64,000 nt of DNA from Candidatus Omnitrophota bacterium. GTDB lineage: Bacteria; Omnitrophota; Gorgyraeia; Zapsychrales; JBAZNR01. The translations under genes were made by a program, and so were the position numbers. The DNA lies in assembly GCA_041649175.1 (NCBI GenBank), contig JBAZNR010000001.1:514332-578331 (forward strand), given 5' to 3'. The notes below the pieces were generated by a model. The model was given only the letters and a program-made list of their open reading frames with translations, did not search any database and was not told where the DNA came from. Position 1 is the first letter of the stretch, and every line of letters starts with the position of its first letter. Shown one piece after another: positions 29,954-39,968 of this stretch.

Positions 29954-31633
29954 TCAAAGCGATTTTCTTTTCTGCAGTAAAACGGTTGTTCCTTCCAACA
30001 TCAAAAATAATGCCAAGAAAAGTAACAATAATCCTGTGATGCCTACTGGGTCGGTGGAGAATTTTTGTTCTACAAATATTTCCCTAAGCCAAGGCTGAAT
30101 AATAAGAATAAGAGAAATAACGGCTACCAGTGTCATAAAGATAGACGGGAGAAGCGTAAAGATATAATTTTTTCCTTTCTTGGAAAGCCATACGCTTAAT
30201 CCGAATAAAACCAAAGCCGCCAAGAGCTGATTACTGGAACCGAATGCCGTCCAAAATATTTTCCATCCTGGAACGATATTTCCTTGCGCGTCCGTTATCT
30301 TTTGAGTTAAAAAGATCACCGGTAAAATAAGCGTTACAAACGTTGCCGCGTAAGGGCTAAAACGCCCTTTCCATCCCGTGAGCTCTTGAAAAATGTATCG
30401 TCCTAATCTGGTGGCCACATCTAAGGTATCGTAAACAAAAGTGGCGAAGGCTAAAAGCGCGAAATTTAAAGCGAATTGTTTGTCGATGTGAAGGCTGCTT
30501 AAAAACGTTGCGATGCCATTGGCGTAAATTTGGCTTGGGTCTTGAAGGCTTTGAGTTTCAGAGACGCTTAAAATAACAACCGTAGAAAGCGCGATGACTG
30601 CGACAAAGCTTTCTAAAAGCATACTGCCGTAGCCGACGAGTTTGGCGTCGGTTTCTTTAGCTAGCTGTTTGGAAGTTGTTCCGGAAGCAATGAGGCAGTG
30701 AAATCCCGAACACGCTCCGCAGGCGACAGTGGTAAAAAGAATGGGTACTAAGGGCAAGCCCTGCGGGCTTGCCCAACCAGTAAATGCCGGATATTGAATG
30801 CTGTAATGTTGGGTAAAACTTCCTACGATAATACCAATAAAGCTTGCTCCGGCGGTAATTGCCAGGAAAAATCCTCCCAAATATCCGCGTGGCTGTAGCA
30901 ATATCCAAACCGGAATAACCGCGGCGATAAAGCAATACGCGATCAAAGCCATGTTCCAGGTTGTGCGTAAGTCCCATCCAAATAGGGTGTTTAGTTTGAG
31001 CGGAAAAATCGGCCCTAGAAAAATACAAACAAAAACAAACGGAAAAAAGATAAGTGTTGAGATTGATAAAGGCAAAGGCCATTTCCTTAAAATAATTCCC
31101 ATAATAAACGCTAATCCCAAATACATCATGGACGAAGAAGCAATGGCTGGCCCATTCGTTTCTTCGGCGAAAGTGCTGGCCGTAATATCGGTAAAAGCGG
31201 CAATGATGTAAACAAGAGAGAACCAAAGGAAAAATAAAAAGAGGATAAAGGCGCGCCGGCTCATTGTTTCTTTGATAACTTCGGCAATCGAACGTCCTTG
31301 ATGGCGTAAAGAGGCAACTAGTGAAGCCATATCATGAACACCGCCGACAAAAATACCGCCTAAAATGATCCAAAGGAAAGTCGGCAGCCAGCCAAACCAA
31401 AGTCCGGCTAAAATTGGGCCCACAATGGGGCCGGCCGCGGCGATCGCGGAGAGATGCTGGCCTAAAAGATAGAATTTTCCGGCTGGAACGAAATCGGTAT
31501 TGTTTTGAAATGTGACGGCAGGGGTTTGGGCGTTTTTTGCTAAGCTTAACCATCGGCTCAAAAAACGCCCATAAACAAAATATCCCGCTAAAAGGCAGAC
31601 GATTGATATAAGGATAAGAAATAAGATATTCAT
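29954..31633 (-). CDS. cstA: Carbon starvation protein CstA (peptide/pyruvate transporter family)
   Basis: Large polytopic membrane protein with CstA-typical blocks (FLSRWL, GPIVGPILAGLWFGWLP, GGFFLAITAGASFIG). The ATG at 31633 is preferred over the TTG at 31675. Convergent with the thiolase gene, 4 bp apart. Confidence 0.8.
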   Translation of the reverse strand: MNILFLILISIVCLLAGYFVYGRFLSRWLSLAKNAQTPAVTFQNNTDFVPAGKFYLLGQHLSAIAAAGPIVGPILAGLWFGWLPTFLWIILGGIFVGGVHDMASLVASLRHQGRSIAEVIKETMSRRAFILFLFFLWFSLVYIIAAFTDITASTFAEETNGPAIASSSMMYLGLAFIMGIILRKWPLPLSISTLIFFPFVFVCIFLGPIFPLKLNTLFGWDLRTTWNMALIAYCFIAAVIPVWILLQPRGYLGGFFLAITAGASFIGIIVGSFTQHYSIQYPAFTGWASPQGLPLVPILFTTVACGACSGFHCLIASGTTSKQLAKETDAKLVGYGSMLLESFVAVIALSTVVILSVSETQSLQDPSQIYANGIATFLSSLHIDKQFALNFALLAFATFVYDTLDVATRLGRYIFQELTGWKGRFSPYAATFVTLILPVIFLTQKITDAQGNIVPGWKIFWTAFGSSNQLLAALVLFGLSVWLSKKGKNYIFTLLPSIFMTLVAVISLILIIQPWLREIFVEQKFSTDPVGITGLLLLFLALFLMLEGTTVLLQKRKSL

Positions 31634-31808
31634 AATAATATTGTTTAATATAACGAACTTTTCCGTCGAGCACAATAGGAAAGTAGAAAAATATCTTAAG
31701 GGTGATTTTTACGTATTTTTGTCGATAAAAGCTCTTTTAAAAACAATCTTTTTAAAAATATTTTTTATGATAGAATGAAACCCATAATCATTAAAGGAAA
31801 AATGTTCT

Positions 31809-33038
31809 ATGCCCGCTGAAAAGAAAACAAAAAAACCTTCAATTAGCCAAGCAGACGAATTAAAACTCTTACGGCGCATTACCGAGATCACCAGCTCTGA
31901 ATTGGACGTCCACAAAGTCCTTGATGAGGTGGTCCGTTTGGTGACTGAAGCCATTGGCGCGGATTCTGTTTTCATTTATCTGATCGATGAAAAGATAAAA
32001 AGTCTCGTTTTAATGGCCTCTAAAACTCCGCACCAGAAAGAGTTAGGAAAGATCAATTTAAAGATCGGAGAAGGAATTGCCGGATGGGTTGCCAAAGAAA
32101 ATAAATTGGTCGCTATCAAGAAAAACGCCTATCAGGATCCTCGTTTCAAAAGTTTTGATATTTTACCGGAAGACCGCTATGAGGCGCTTCTATCGGTTCC
32201 CATTATCTATAAGGGAAAGACCATTGGCGTTATCAATGTTCAGCATCGAAAACCGCATGATTATTTTTTAGGTACGACAAGCTTAATTGAGATCATTGCC
32301 AAACAAGTCGGCGGGGTTATCGAAAATGCTCTCCTCTTTGAACAAACTAAACAAAAAGCCAGCCAATTTGACAGCCTTGCCAAGGTGAGCCGAACGATCA
32401 CCTCCGAACATTATTTGGATGAGATCTTAAACTTGATCGTGGTTGTGACGGCGGAAATGCTCAATTCTAAAATATGTTCCATTATGTTATTGGATAGCAA
32501 AGGCGAAGAATTGGCTATTAAAGCTACTCAAAGCCTCAGTGAAGAATATAAAAAGAAACCCAATATTAAAGTCAATAATAGCTTAAGTGGTGAAGTCATT
32601 AAATCTAAAAAACCGATGTTCTTTGACGATGTCCGCAGTGAAGAAAAATATGTTTATCGTGATCTGGCGGCCAAAGAGAATTTAACATCCATGATCTCGG
32701 TGCCGATGATCGTCAAAGATAAAGCCATCGGCATCATCAATGTGTATACCAAAACTCCGCACCAATTCACCCAGGAAGAAATTGATTGTTTGCAAATGAT
32801 CGCAAATCAAGCGGCTATTGCCGTCGAGAATACAAAATTGATGGAAGAATCTCTCAAGGCCAAAGAAGCCTTGGAAACGCGCAAACTGATCGAGCGCGCC
32901 AAAGGGATTTTAATGCGGATGAATAATTTAGGTGAAGAAGCCGCGCATCGATTGATCCATAAAAAGAGCATGGATTCTTGCCGCTCGATGAAAGAAATTG
33001 CGGAGTCGATCATTCTGGTTTCGGAGTTCAAGAATTAA
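31809..33038 (+). CDS. GAF-GAF-ANTAR RNA-binding antitermination regulator
   Basis: Two GAF domains. C-terminal ANTAR signature ETRKLIERAKGILMRMNNLGEEAAHRLIHKKSMDSCRSMKEIAESII. Confidence 0.8.
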   Translation: MPAEKKTKKPSISQADELKLLRRITEITSSELDVHKVLDEVVRLVTEAIGADSVFIYLIDEKIKSLVLMASKTPHQKELGKINLKIGEGIAGWVAKENKLVAIKKNAYQDPRFKSFDILPEDRYEALLSVPIIYKGKTIGVINVQHRKPHDYFLGTTSLIEIIAKQVGGVIENALLFEQTKQKASQFDSLAKVSRTITSEHYLDEILNLIVVVTAEMLNSKICSIMLLDSKGEELAIKATQSLSEEYKKKPNIKVNNSLSGEVIKSKKPMFFDDVRSEEKYVYRDLAAKENLTSMISVPMIVKDKAIGIINVYTKTPHQFTQEEIDCLQMIANQAAIAVENTKLMEESLKAKEALETRKLIERAKGILMRMNNLGEEAAHRLIHKKSMDSCRSMKEIAESIILVSEFKN

Positions 33039-33064
33039 AATTAAGAGTACCTCAAAAAAAGTTC

Positions 33065-33093
33065 TTGACAAAATCATCAGGCAATCATATACT
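33065..33093 (+). promoter_or_regulatory. Sigma70-like promoter for the amtB-glnK leader (TTGACA-N17-TATACT)
   Basis: Read directly from the sequence. Confidence 0.55.
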
Positions 33094-33123
33094 TCCATTG
33101 TAATTAAGTAGGGCAACGAAGTC

Positions 33124-33158
33124 CTCTTAAGATCGATGCTGGTCTTAAGAGTTTTTTT
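33124..33158 (+). terminator. Leader terminator/attenuator 1 upstream of amtB
   Basis: ctcttaaga-N10-tcttaagag followed by ttttttt. Confidence 0.6.
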
Positions 33159-33223
33159 ATGTGGGCAAAGACGTCCGACAGGTAAGTTTACTCGTCGGAT
33201 TATTTTTTTAAAATGGGCATTGA

Positions 33224-33271
33224 GGCCCTCTTAAAAACCAGCGCTGGTTTTCAAGAGGGCCTTTTTCTTTA
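33224..33271 (+). terminator. Leader terminator/attenuator 2 upstream of amtB
   Basis: ggccctcttaaaaacc-agcgct-ggtttttcaagagggcc followed by tttttcttt. Shares the cctcttaa motif with hairpin 1. Confidence 0.65.
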
Positions 33272-33340
33272 TCGAGACAACGACGTCTTTTTTAGGCCAC
33301 TGGCGGTTAATAGCAGTAAAAACAATTCAAGGAGGATGAA

Positions 33341-34576
33341 ATGGAAATGATCAATGCAGGTGATACAGCGTGGGTTTTGATTTCTTCTGCGCTAGTTATG
33401 TTAATGACACCCGGCCTAGCCTTTTTTTATGGCGGTATGGTCCGGCGCAAAAATGTTTTGAGTATTTTAATGCAGTGCTGTGTTATTTTAGGTTTGATCA
33501 GCGTGCAGTGGGTTTTGTTCGGCTATAGCCTTTCTTTTGCTCCGGGAAAAGGATTTTGGGGCGGTTTTGCATGGGCGGGGCTTAACGGTGTTGGTTTGGA
33601 ACCGTATGCGGATTATGCCGCCACCATTCCTCACCAAGCTTTTATGATCTTTCAAGCAATGTTTGCCATCATCACGCCAGCTCTTATTATCGGTGCTTTT
33701 GCCGAGCGGATGAAGTTCTCGGCGTTTCTCATCTTCATCTTATTGTGGGCTACCTTAGTATATGATCCTATTTGCCATTGGGTTTGGGGCATCGGCGGAT
33801 GGTTGAGAACCATGGGCGCATTGGATTTTGCAGGCGGAACCGTTGTTCATATTAGCGCCGGTATTGCCGCTTTAGCAACAGCCTTAGCTATTGGAAAACG
33901 AAAAGACTTAAACGGCCATGTTCCAGCGCCGCATAATCTTCCCTTTGTTGTTTTGGGAACCGGTTTACTGTGGTTTGGATGGTTTGGGTTTAACGCGGGC
34001 AGTGCTTTGGCGGCTAATGGTTTAGCGGTGAATGCTTTTGTGGTCACTAATACGGCTGCTGCTGCTGCGGGTTTAAGCTGGGCCTTAATTGAATGGATCC
34101 GCGTCGGAAAACCAACTATTTTTGGTTTTTGTTCTGGCGTTGTTGCCGGACTCGTTGCCATCACACCGGCAGCCGGATTTGTTAATGTTATCTCGGCCAT
34201 CATCATCGGCTTATTGGTGAGCGTATTTTGCTATACAGCCGTGGCGATTATCAAACCGAAATTGGGATACGATGATTCTCTAGACGCCTTCGGTGTTCAC
34301 TGCGTTGGCGGGATCTGGGGAGCCTTAGCAACGGGTTTATTTGCCACTAAGTCTATCAATGCGGCTGGGGCAGACGGGTTATTTTATGGTAACCCAGCCC
34401 AGTTTGTCATTCAGCTAAAAGCTGTTTTAATAACCGTTGTCTATAGCTTTGTGGTGAGTTTCGTGATCTACAAGGTTGTGGACTTGGTCGTTGGTATGCG
34501 CGTTAAAGAAGAAGACGAAAATGTCGGTCTTGATCTTACACAGCATCACGAACGGGCTTATACGGTTTTAGAATAA
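33341..34576 (+). CDS. amtB: Ammonium transporter (Amt family)
   Basis: MEMINAGDTAWVLISSALVMLMTPGLAFFYGG..., 11-12 TM. RBS aaggagg. Confidence 0.95.
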   Translation: MEMINAGDTAWVLISSALVMLMTPGLAFFYGGMVRRKNVLSILMQCCVILGLISVQWVLFGYSLSFAPGKGFWGGFAWAGLNGVGLEPYADYAATIPHQAFMIFQAMFAIITPALIIGAFAERMKFSAFLIFILLWATLVYDPICHWVWGIGGWLRTMGALDFAGGTVVHISAGIAALATALAIGKRKDLNGHVPAPHNLPFVVLGTGLLWFGWFGFNAGSALAANGLAVNAFVVTNTAAAAAGLSWALIEWIRVGKPTIFGFCSGVVAGLVAITPAAGFVNVISAIIIGLLVSVFCYTAVAIIKPKLGYDDSLDAFGVHCVGGIWGALATGLFATKSINAAGADGLFYGNPAQFVIQLKAVLITVVYSFVVSFVIYKVVDLVVGMRVKEEDENVGLDLTQHHERAYTVLE

Positions 34577-34658
34577 ATGACGGTGTGCTTTGCGCCGCAA
34601 AAATTGCGGCGCAAAGCACAGTTATTCCATAAATTGCGCACTCATTAAGGAGAAAACT

Positions 34659-35000
34659 ATGAAACTTGTCGTTGCAATTATACAACCACACAAATTAGAG
34701 TCGGTTAAAAAAGCCTTATACGCGGCCGATATTAATTTGATCACGGTTACTGAAGTTTTAGGCCACGGTCAGCAAAAAGGCGTCACCGAAGTTTACCGTG
34801 GTTCTAAAGAGACGGGAAATCTTTTACGAAAGATCCGTATCGAGATCGCCGTCAATGATAACTTTGTCGAACCGACGGTCAAAGCCATCATTAAGGGCGC
34901 TAAGTCGGGAAAGATAGGCGATGGAAAGATCTTTGTTACGTCATTAGAGCGCTGTATCCGTATTAGAACGGAAGAAGAAGGCTCTAAGGCCATCGGGTAA
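34659..35000 (+). CDS. glnK: Nitrogen regulatory protein P-II
   Basis: [20 protein letters not shown]...[10 protein letters not shown] (T-loop region). 113 aa. The ORF track extends further upstream, but the start at 34659 carries an RBS (aaggag). Confidence 0.9.
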   Translation: MKLVVAIIQPHKLESVKKALYAADINLITVTEVLGHGQQKGVTEVYRGSKETGNLLRKIRIEIAVNDNFVEPTVKAIIKGAKSGKIGDGKIFVTSLERCIRIRTEEEGSKAIG

Positions 35001-35169
35001 GTATTTTTAAACCGCTTGGTTTTTCAGAAATCAGGCGGCAAGGGGCGAGGTTAATTCTATTGACGCTGTGCGAAAAGGTTGGTAAGATTTTAGCCTATTA
35101 TTTCGCCGGCGTTAATAGATTTAACTTTTTAACGATCACAAGGATTTTGTCAAAAGGAGGCCGGTTATT

Positions 35170-37353
35170 ATGGGAAAATCAACAAGGCTCCAGGAGATTC
35201 AGGCTTTAGCGAATCTTAACGGAGGAAATTCGTTGGAGGAAAAAATGATTAATGAATTATCTGAAGTAAAGAGTAACCATTCCGTCGCCGATCTTTACGG
35301 CAAAGATGTTTTTAGTCTTAAGGTGATGTGTAATTGTTTGTCAGAAAAGGCTTTTAAATCAATTAGTGCAACCATGAAAGAAGGCGGCCGCCTTGACCCT
35401 ACTATTGCCGATGAAGTTGCTGAGGCAATGAAAAATTGGGCTGTTTCAAAAGGGGCAACACATTTTACGCATTGGTTTCAGCCTTTGACCGGCACTACCG
35501 CCGAAAAACATGATGCCTTTATTGATCCAGATGGAGAAGGCGGAACTGTTCTGAAATTTTCTGGCAAAGAGTTGATCCAAGGTGAGCCCGACGCATCAAG
35601 CTTTCCCTCAGGTGGTTTACGCGCCACATTTGAAGCCCGCGGTTATACAGGCTGGGATCCAACGTCCCCCGCCTTTATTAAAAAAGGGCCGGAAGGTGCC
35701 ACACTTTGTATTCCAACTTTTTATATCGGCTACCATGGCGAAGCGTTAGACAAAAAAACACCTCTCCTTCGTTCCATGACAGCTCTTTCAAAACAAGTTT
35801 GTCGTCTGGCGAATTTGTTTGGCATTGAGATTAAAGGGAAACGTGCTTATTGCACGCTTGGCCCCGAACAGGAATATTTTCTAATCGATAAAAATCATTA
35901 TGAAGCTCGTATTGATTTAGTTCAGACCGGCCGCACACTTTTTGGTTCCAAACCGGCCAAACATCAACAACAAGAAGATCATTATTTTGGCGCCGTTAAA
36001 CCGCGCGTGATGGCTTTCATGGAAGACTTGGACCGCACATTATGGGGTTTAGGTATTCCTTCCAAAACACGCCACAACGAAGTTGCTCCCGCGCAATATG
36101 AAATGGCTCCGATCTTTGAAGATCTTAACGTCGGCGTTGATCACAATATGATTGCGATGGAAGTGATGCGCCAACTGGCTGACAAACACGGCTTGGTTTG
36201 TTTGTTGCACGAAAAACCTTTTGCCGGTATTAATGGCTCTGGAAAACATAATAACTGGTCTATTGTTGGCCCCGATGGAAAGAATTGGCTCTATCCTGGT
36301 AAAACACCGCACGATAATGCAAAATTTTTAACCCTGCTCTGTGCGGTTATTAAAGCTGTCGATACGTATGCTGATCTTTTGCGCGTCACGGTTGCTTCTG
36401 CCGGTAACGATCATCGTCTGGGTGCTAACGAAGCGCCGCCGGCGATTGTTTCAATTTTCTTAGGCGATCAATTGACGGATATCATTGAGCAGATCGAAAA
36501 GGGCGGCGCCAAAACATCCAAACAAGGAAGCGCTATTAACATCGGCGTTGATTCTATGCCAAACCTTGCCAAAGATACAACGGATCGTAATCGTACATCA
36601 CCTTTTGCATTTACGGGTGCGAAATTCGAATTCCGCGCGGTTGGTTCCAATATGAACCCTTCCGCCGCCAACATGGTTTTAAATACCATTGTGGCCGAAG
36701 CAATTAGTGATATCTGCAATGAACTCGAAACAGCCAAAAAATCCGGTAAGGATTTTAACGCTTCTTTGCAAAAAATTCTGCAAAGCATTATCAAAAATCA
36801 CAAACGTGTTCTCTATAATGGCGATAACTATGTTCCGGAATGGCATGCTGAAGCTAAAAAACGCGGGCTGCCGAATTTCAAATCGACCCCGGAAGCTCTG
36901 GAAGCCATCAAACTCAAAAAGAACATCGCGGTTTTGGTGAAGCATGGCGTTTTGAGCGAAAAAGAACTTGCGTCGCGTTATGAAATTAACAAACACGCTT
37001 ATGCAACGGTGATTGACCTCGAGGGAAATTGCGCGCTTTCAATGGCCCGTACGCAATTAATTCCTGCGGCGGTTGAATATCAAAAAGAGCTCTCCGAAAC
37101 GATTAAGACCGTCGGAGCAAGCGGCAAAACCACATCCCAGAAAAAGGTTTTAAAAACCATTTCCGGGTTGATTGACGAAGCCTTTGCAACTTGCGATACG
37201 TTGGAAGCGGCAATTCATAAACATGATTCTGCCAAAACCAACGCGGCGATGGTTGAGCTTCGTGAATCCATTGATGCGCTGGAAGGTTTTGTCCCGAGCA
37301 ATATCTGGCCGGTACCGTCCTACGCAGAAATGCTTCTGATGAATGCGCTTTAA
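35170..37353 (+). CDS. glnN: Glutamine synthetase type III
   Basis: At 727 aa the length and architecture are typical of GSIII. Catalytic-domain-like blocks are present (e.g. FGIEIKGKRAYCTLGPEQEYFLID). Confidence 0.8.
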   Translation: MGKSTRLQEIQALANLNGGNSLEEKMINELSEVKSNHSVADLYGKDVFSLKVMCNCLSEKAFKSISATMKEGGRLDPTIADEVAEAMKNWAVSKGATHFTHWFQPLTGTTAEKHDAFIDPDGEGGTVLKFSGKELIQGEPDASSFPSGGLRATFEARGYTGWDPTSPAFIKKGPEGATLCIPTFYIGYHGEALDKKTPLLRSMTALSKQVCRLANLFGIEIKGKRAYCTLGPEQEYFLIDKNHYEARIDLVQTGRTLFGSKPAKHQQQEDHYFGAVKPRVMAFMEDLDRTLWGLGIPSKTRHNEVAPAQYEMAPIFEDLNVGVDHNMIAMEVMRQLADKHGLVCLLHEKPFAGINGSGKHNNWSIVGPDGKNWLYPGKTPHDNAKFLTLLCAVIKAVDTYADLLRVTVASAGNDHRLGANEAPPAIVSIFLGDQLTDIIEQIEKGGAKTSKQGSAINIGVDSMPNLAKDTTDRNRTSPFAFTGAKFEFRAVGSNMNPSAANMVLNTIVAEAISDICNELETAKKSGKDFNASLQKILQSIIKNHKRVLYNGDNYVPEWHAEAKKRGLPNFKSTPEALEAIKLKKNIAVLVKHGVLSEKELASRYEINKHAYATVIDLEGNCALSMARTQLIPAAVEYQKELSETIKTVGASGKTTSQKKVLKTISGLIDEAFATCDTLEAAIHKHDSAKTNAAMVELRESIDALEGFVPSNIWPVPSYAEMLLMNAL

Positions 37354-37383
37354 TTAGCGCTTTACGCAGTTATTAAAAGCGAA

Positions 37384-37416
37384 GGGAAAAGGGGCGCGAA
37401 CCGCGCCCCTTTTCCC
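37384..37416 (+). terminator. Terminator-like hairpin after glnN
   Basis: gggaaaaggggcgcg-aacc-gcgccccttttccc. Confidence 0.55.
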
Positions 37417-37449
37417 TAGTCAATATTTACAATAGGTAGTATAATCCTT

Positions 37450-38139
37450 ATGATTTTGATCATTAAACATATTGCTGTGGAAGGGCCGGGGACCATTGCG
37501 TCGTTCTTTCAAAAGAAGAAAACACTAAAAACAATTGAGCTTAGCGCTGGCGATCCGTTACCTCGCGACCTAAAAGGCGTTGAGGCCGTGATCGTCATGG
37601 GCGGCCCGATGAATGTTGACGAAGAAGACAAATATCCGTTTCTTAGAGATGAAAATATTTTTATCCAGAACGTCTTAAAGAAAGAAATTCCGTATTTGGG
37701 TATTTGTTTGGGAAGTCAGCTTTTAGCCAAGGCCTCCGGAGCGAAAGTTGCCAAGTCACCGGTAGAAGAGATTGGCTGGTTTAAGGTTTCTTTAGAGAAA
37801 GATCCGATCTTTGAGAATTTAGAAAACAATATTGATGTTTTTCAGTGGCATGGGGATACATTCGATATTCCCAAGAGTGGAAAACTTTTAGCGACGGCCA
37901 CCGGATGCCATCATCAAGCGCTAAAAGTAGGAACAAATGCTTACGGACTTCAATTTCATGTTGAAGTAACGGGCAGGATCATTGATAGCTGGATAAAAGC
38001 ACATTTTAAAGGCGACACGCGAAAACAAAAATCAGAAGAAATGATAAGCACTTATTTAAAACTCAAAAGTGCTTTTAATAGAAATGCAGAAACTGTGTAC
38101 CAGAATTTTGAAAAGATTATTGAGCAAAGTAAGCAGTAA
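37450..38139 (+). CDS. Class I glutamine amidotransferase-like protein
   Basis: GATase1 triad context: GICLGSQLL (Cys nucleophile) and ...LQFHVEV (His). Confidence 0.7.
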   Translation: MILIIKHIAVEGPGTIASFFQKKKTLKTIELSAGDPLPRDLKGVEAVIVMGGPMNVDEEDKYPFLRDENIFIQNVLKKEIPYLGICLGSQLLAKASGAKVAKSPVEEIGWFKVSLEKDPIFENLENNIDVFQWHGDTFDIPKSGKLLATATGCHHQALKVGTNAYGLQFHVEVTGRIIDSWIKAHFKGDTRKQKSEEMISTYLKLKSAFNRNAETVYQNFEKIIEQSKQ

Positions 38140-38174
38140 GTAAAATTTTTTTAAATGAATCTGCCTAAAGATTA

Positions 38175-38228
38175 GGCAAATTCTTCTGCCTCTTTATATT
38201 CTTTCTTGACTCGCAGAAGAATTTGCCT
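38175..38228 (+). promoter_or_regulatory. 15-bp perfect inverted repeat (GGCAAATTCTTCTGC ... GCAGAAGAATTTGCC) upstream of nadE
   Basis: Seen directly. A 22-nt loop contains ttgact. Candidate operator or RNA element. Confidence 0.3.
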
Positions 38229-38278
38229 CGCTGTCACATTCTGGAAGAATGTAGCGGGGCATAATTAAGAAGAGTCCC

Positions 38279-39895
38279 ATGATACGCATCGCCTTAGCGC
38301 AAATCAATCCTACCGTCGGTGATCTTAAGGGAAATGCCTTAAAGATCATTGATTTTATCCGAAAGGCTCAAGCAGCTAACGCGGATATTGTCGCCTTTCC
38401 GGAATTAGCCGTTTGCGGTTATCCGCCGGAAGATCTGCTTTTAAAAGAACATTTCATCAGCGAAAATATCAAAACTCTTAAAGACATCGCTGCCCATGCA
38501 AAAAAAATTTCCGTGATCGTTGGTTTTGTAGATAGGGATAAAAAGAAGAATATTTATAATGCCGCGGCTTTACTTTCCGATAGGCGCATCAAAGGAATTT
38601 ATCATAAAGAACAGCTTCCCAATTACGGTGTTTTTGACGAAAAAAGATATTTTACGGCAGGCACAAAAAATCCTATTTTTAGCGTTAAGGGAATAAAATT
38701 TGCCGTCAATATTTGTGAGGATATTTGGCTTGAAACGGGGCCGCATAAAACTCAAGTTAAAAAAGGCGCTAAATTTCTTATCAATATCTCTTCATCACCG
38801 TATCACGCGGGAAAACTGCACGAGCGCCAGGCGCTTTTAAAAACCAGAGCCAATCAGGTGAAAGCGCCCATTTTTTATGTGAATATCGTTGGAGGGCAGG
38901 ACGAACTTGTCTTTGACGGCGCTAGCATGATCTTTGATAAAAAAGGAAAAACCATTGCCGCCGGAAAACAATTTGAAGAGGATATGATCTTTGCGGATAT
39001 TCCTTTGGACGCGCAAACTAAAAATAAATCACCACGGCCATTAGGGGAAATCGAAGAAATTTATAAAGCGCTAACTTTAGGTACGCGTGATTATATCCGT
39101 AAAAACGGATTTAAAAAGGTAACCATTGGTTTAAGCGGAGGCATTGATTCCGCGCTGGTCGCGGCGATTGCCGTTGATGCTGTTGGTCAAGAAAATGTCA
39201 CGGCTGTTTCCATGCCGTCGCAGTATTCGTCTTTAGAAACGATCAGTGACGCGCGTAAAATAGCCAAAAATCTGGGAATAAGATTCTTAGAAATTCCCAT
39301 CATGAAGGTTTTTTCTGTCTTTTTAGAAACATTGGATCATGAATTTAAGGGACAAGCCAAAGACATTACCGAAGAAAACCTTCAAGCGCGCATTCGCGGC
39401 AATATTTTAATGGCTTTCTCTAATAAATTCGGCTGGCTGGTTTTAACGACGGGCAATAAAAGCGAAATTGCCACGGGGTATTGCACGCTTTACGGCGATA
39501 TGGCGGGAGGTTTCGCGGTCATTAAAGATGTTCCTAAAACAACCGTGTACAAATTAGCCAAGTATCGTAATTCTTTGAATTCCAATGCCGTTATTATGCA
39601 AAGCATTATTGACCGCGCTCCGACGGCAGAATTGCGGGAAAATCAAAAAGACCAAGATACACTTCCCGAATATGATCTTTTGGATAAAATTTTAAGCGAT
39701 TATGTGGAAGCGGACAAAAGTTTAAGCGATATCAATAAAAAGATCAATAACGCAAAAGTCATTAAAGATGTGATGCGTTTAGTGGACCGAAGCGAGTATA
39801 AACGCCGCCAGGCTCCGCCGGGTGTTAAGATTACGCCAAGAGCTTTTGGCCGGGATCGGCGATTTCCTATCGTCAATCAATACCGTGAGTTTTAA
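38279..39895 (+). CDS. nadE: Glutamine-dependent NAD+ synthetase (nitrilase domain plus NAD synthetase domain)
   Basis: N-terminal CN-hydrolase domain (MIRIALAQINPTVGD...ICED) and a C-terminal PP-loop SGGIDSALVAA. Confidence 0.9.
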   Translation: MIRIALAQINPTVGDLKGNALKIIDFIRKAQAANADIVAFPELAVCGYPPEDLLLKEHFISENIKTLKDIAAHAKKISVIVGFVDRDKKKNIYNAAALLSDRRIKGIYHKEQLPNYGVFDEKRYFTAGTKNPIFSVKGIKFAVNICEDIWLETGPHKTQVKKGAKFLINISSSPYHAGKLHERQALLKTRANQVKAPIFYVNIVGGQDELVFDGASMIFDKKGKTIAAGKQFEEDMIFADIPLDAQTKNKSPRPLGEIEEIYKALTLGTRDYIRKNGFKKVTIGLSGGIDSALVAAIAVDAVGQENVTAVSMPSQYSSLETISDARKIAKNLGIRFLEIPIMKVFSVFLETLDHEFKGQAKDITEENLQARIRGNILMAFSNKFGWLVLTTGNKSEIATGYCTLYGDMAGGFAVIKDVPKTTVYKLAKYRNSLNSNAVIMQSIIDRAPTAELRENQKDQDTLPEYDLLDKILSDYVEADKSLSDINKKINNAKVIKDVMRLVDRSEYKRRQAPPGVKITPRAFGRDRRFPIVNQYREF

Positions 39896-39968
39896 GCATA
39901 TTTCTTAAACTCCGACGAGAGAAGAGATTTTTAGGCAGTTTATCCGACGAAAAAAATGTGATTTTCAG

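Noticed and set aside
29949-29954. Convergent thiolase/cstA stop codons only 4 bp apart, without a terminator
   Set aside because: Noted, but convergent gene ends without terminators are not unusual. No hairpin is visible, so no feature is called.
34590-34658. N-terminal extension of the P-II ORF ([23 protein letters not shown]...)
   Set aside because: The extension covers the intergenic hairpin and has no homology. Canonical P-II starts at MKLVVAII, which has its own RBS.
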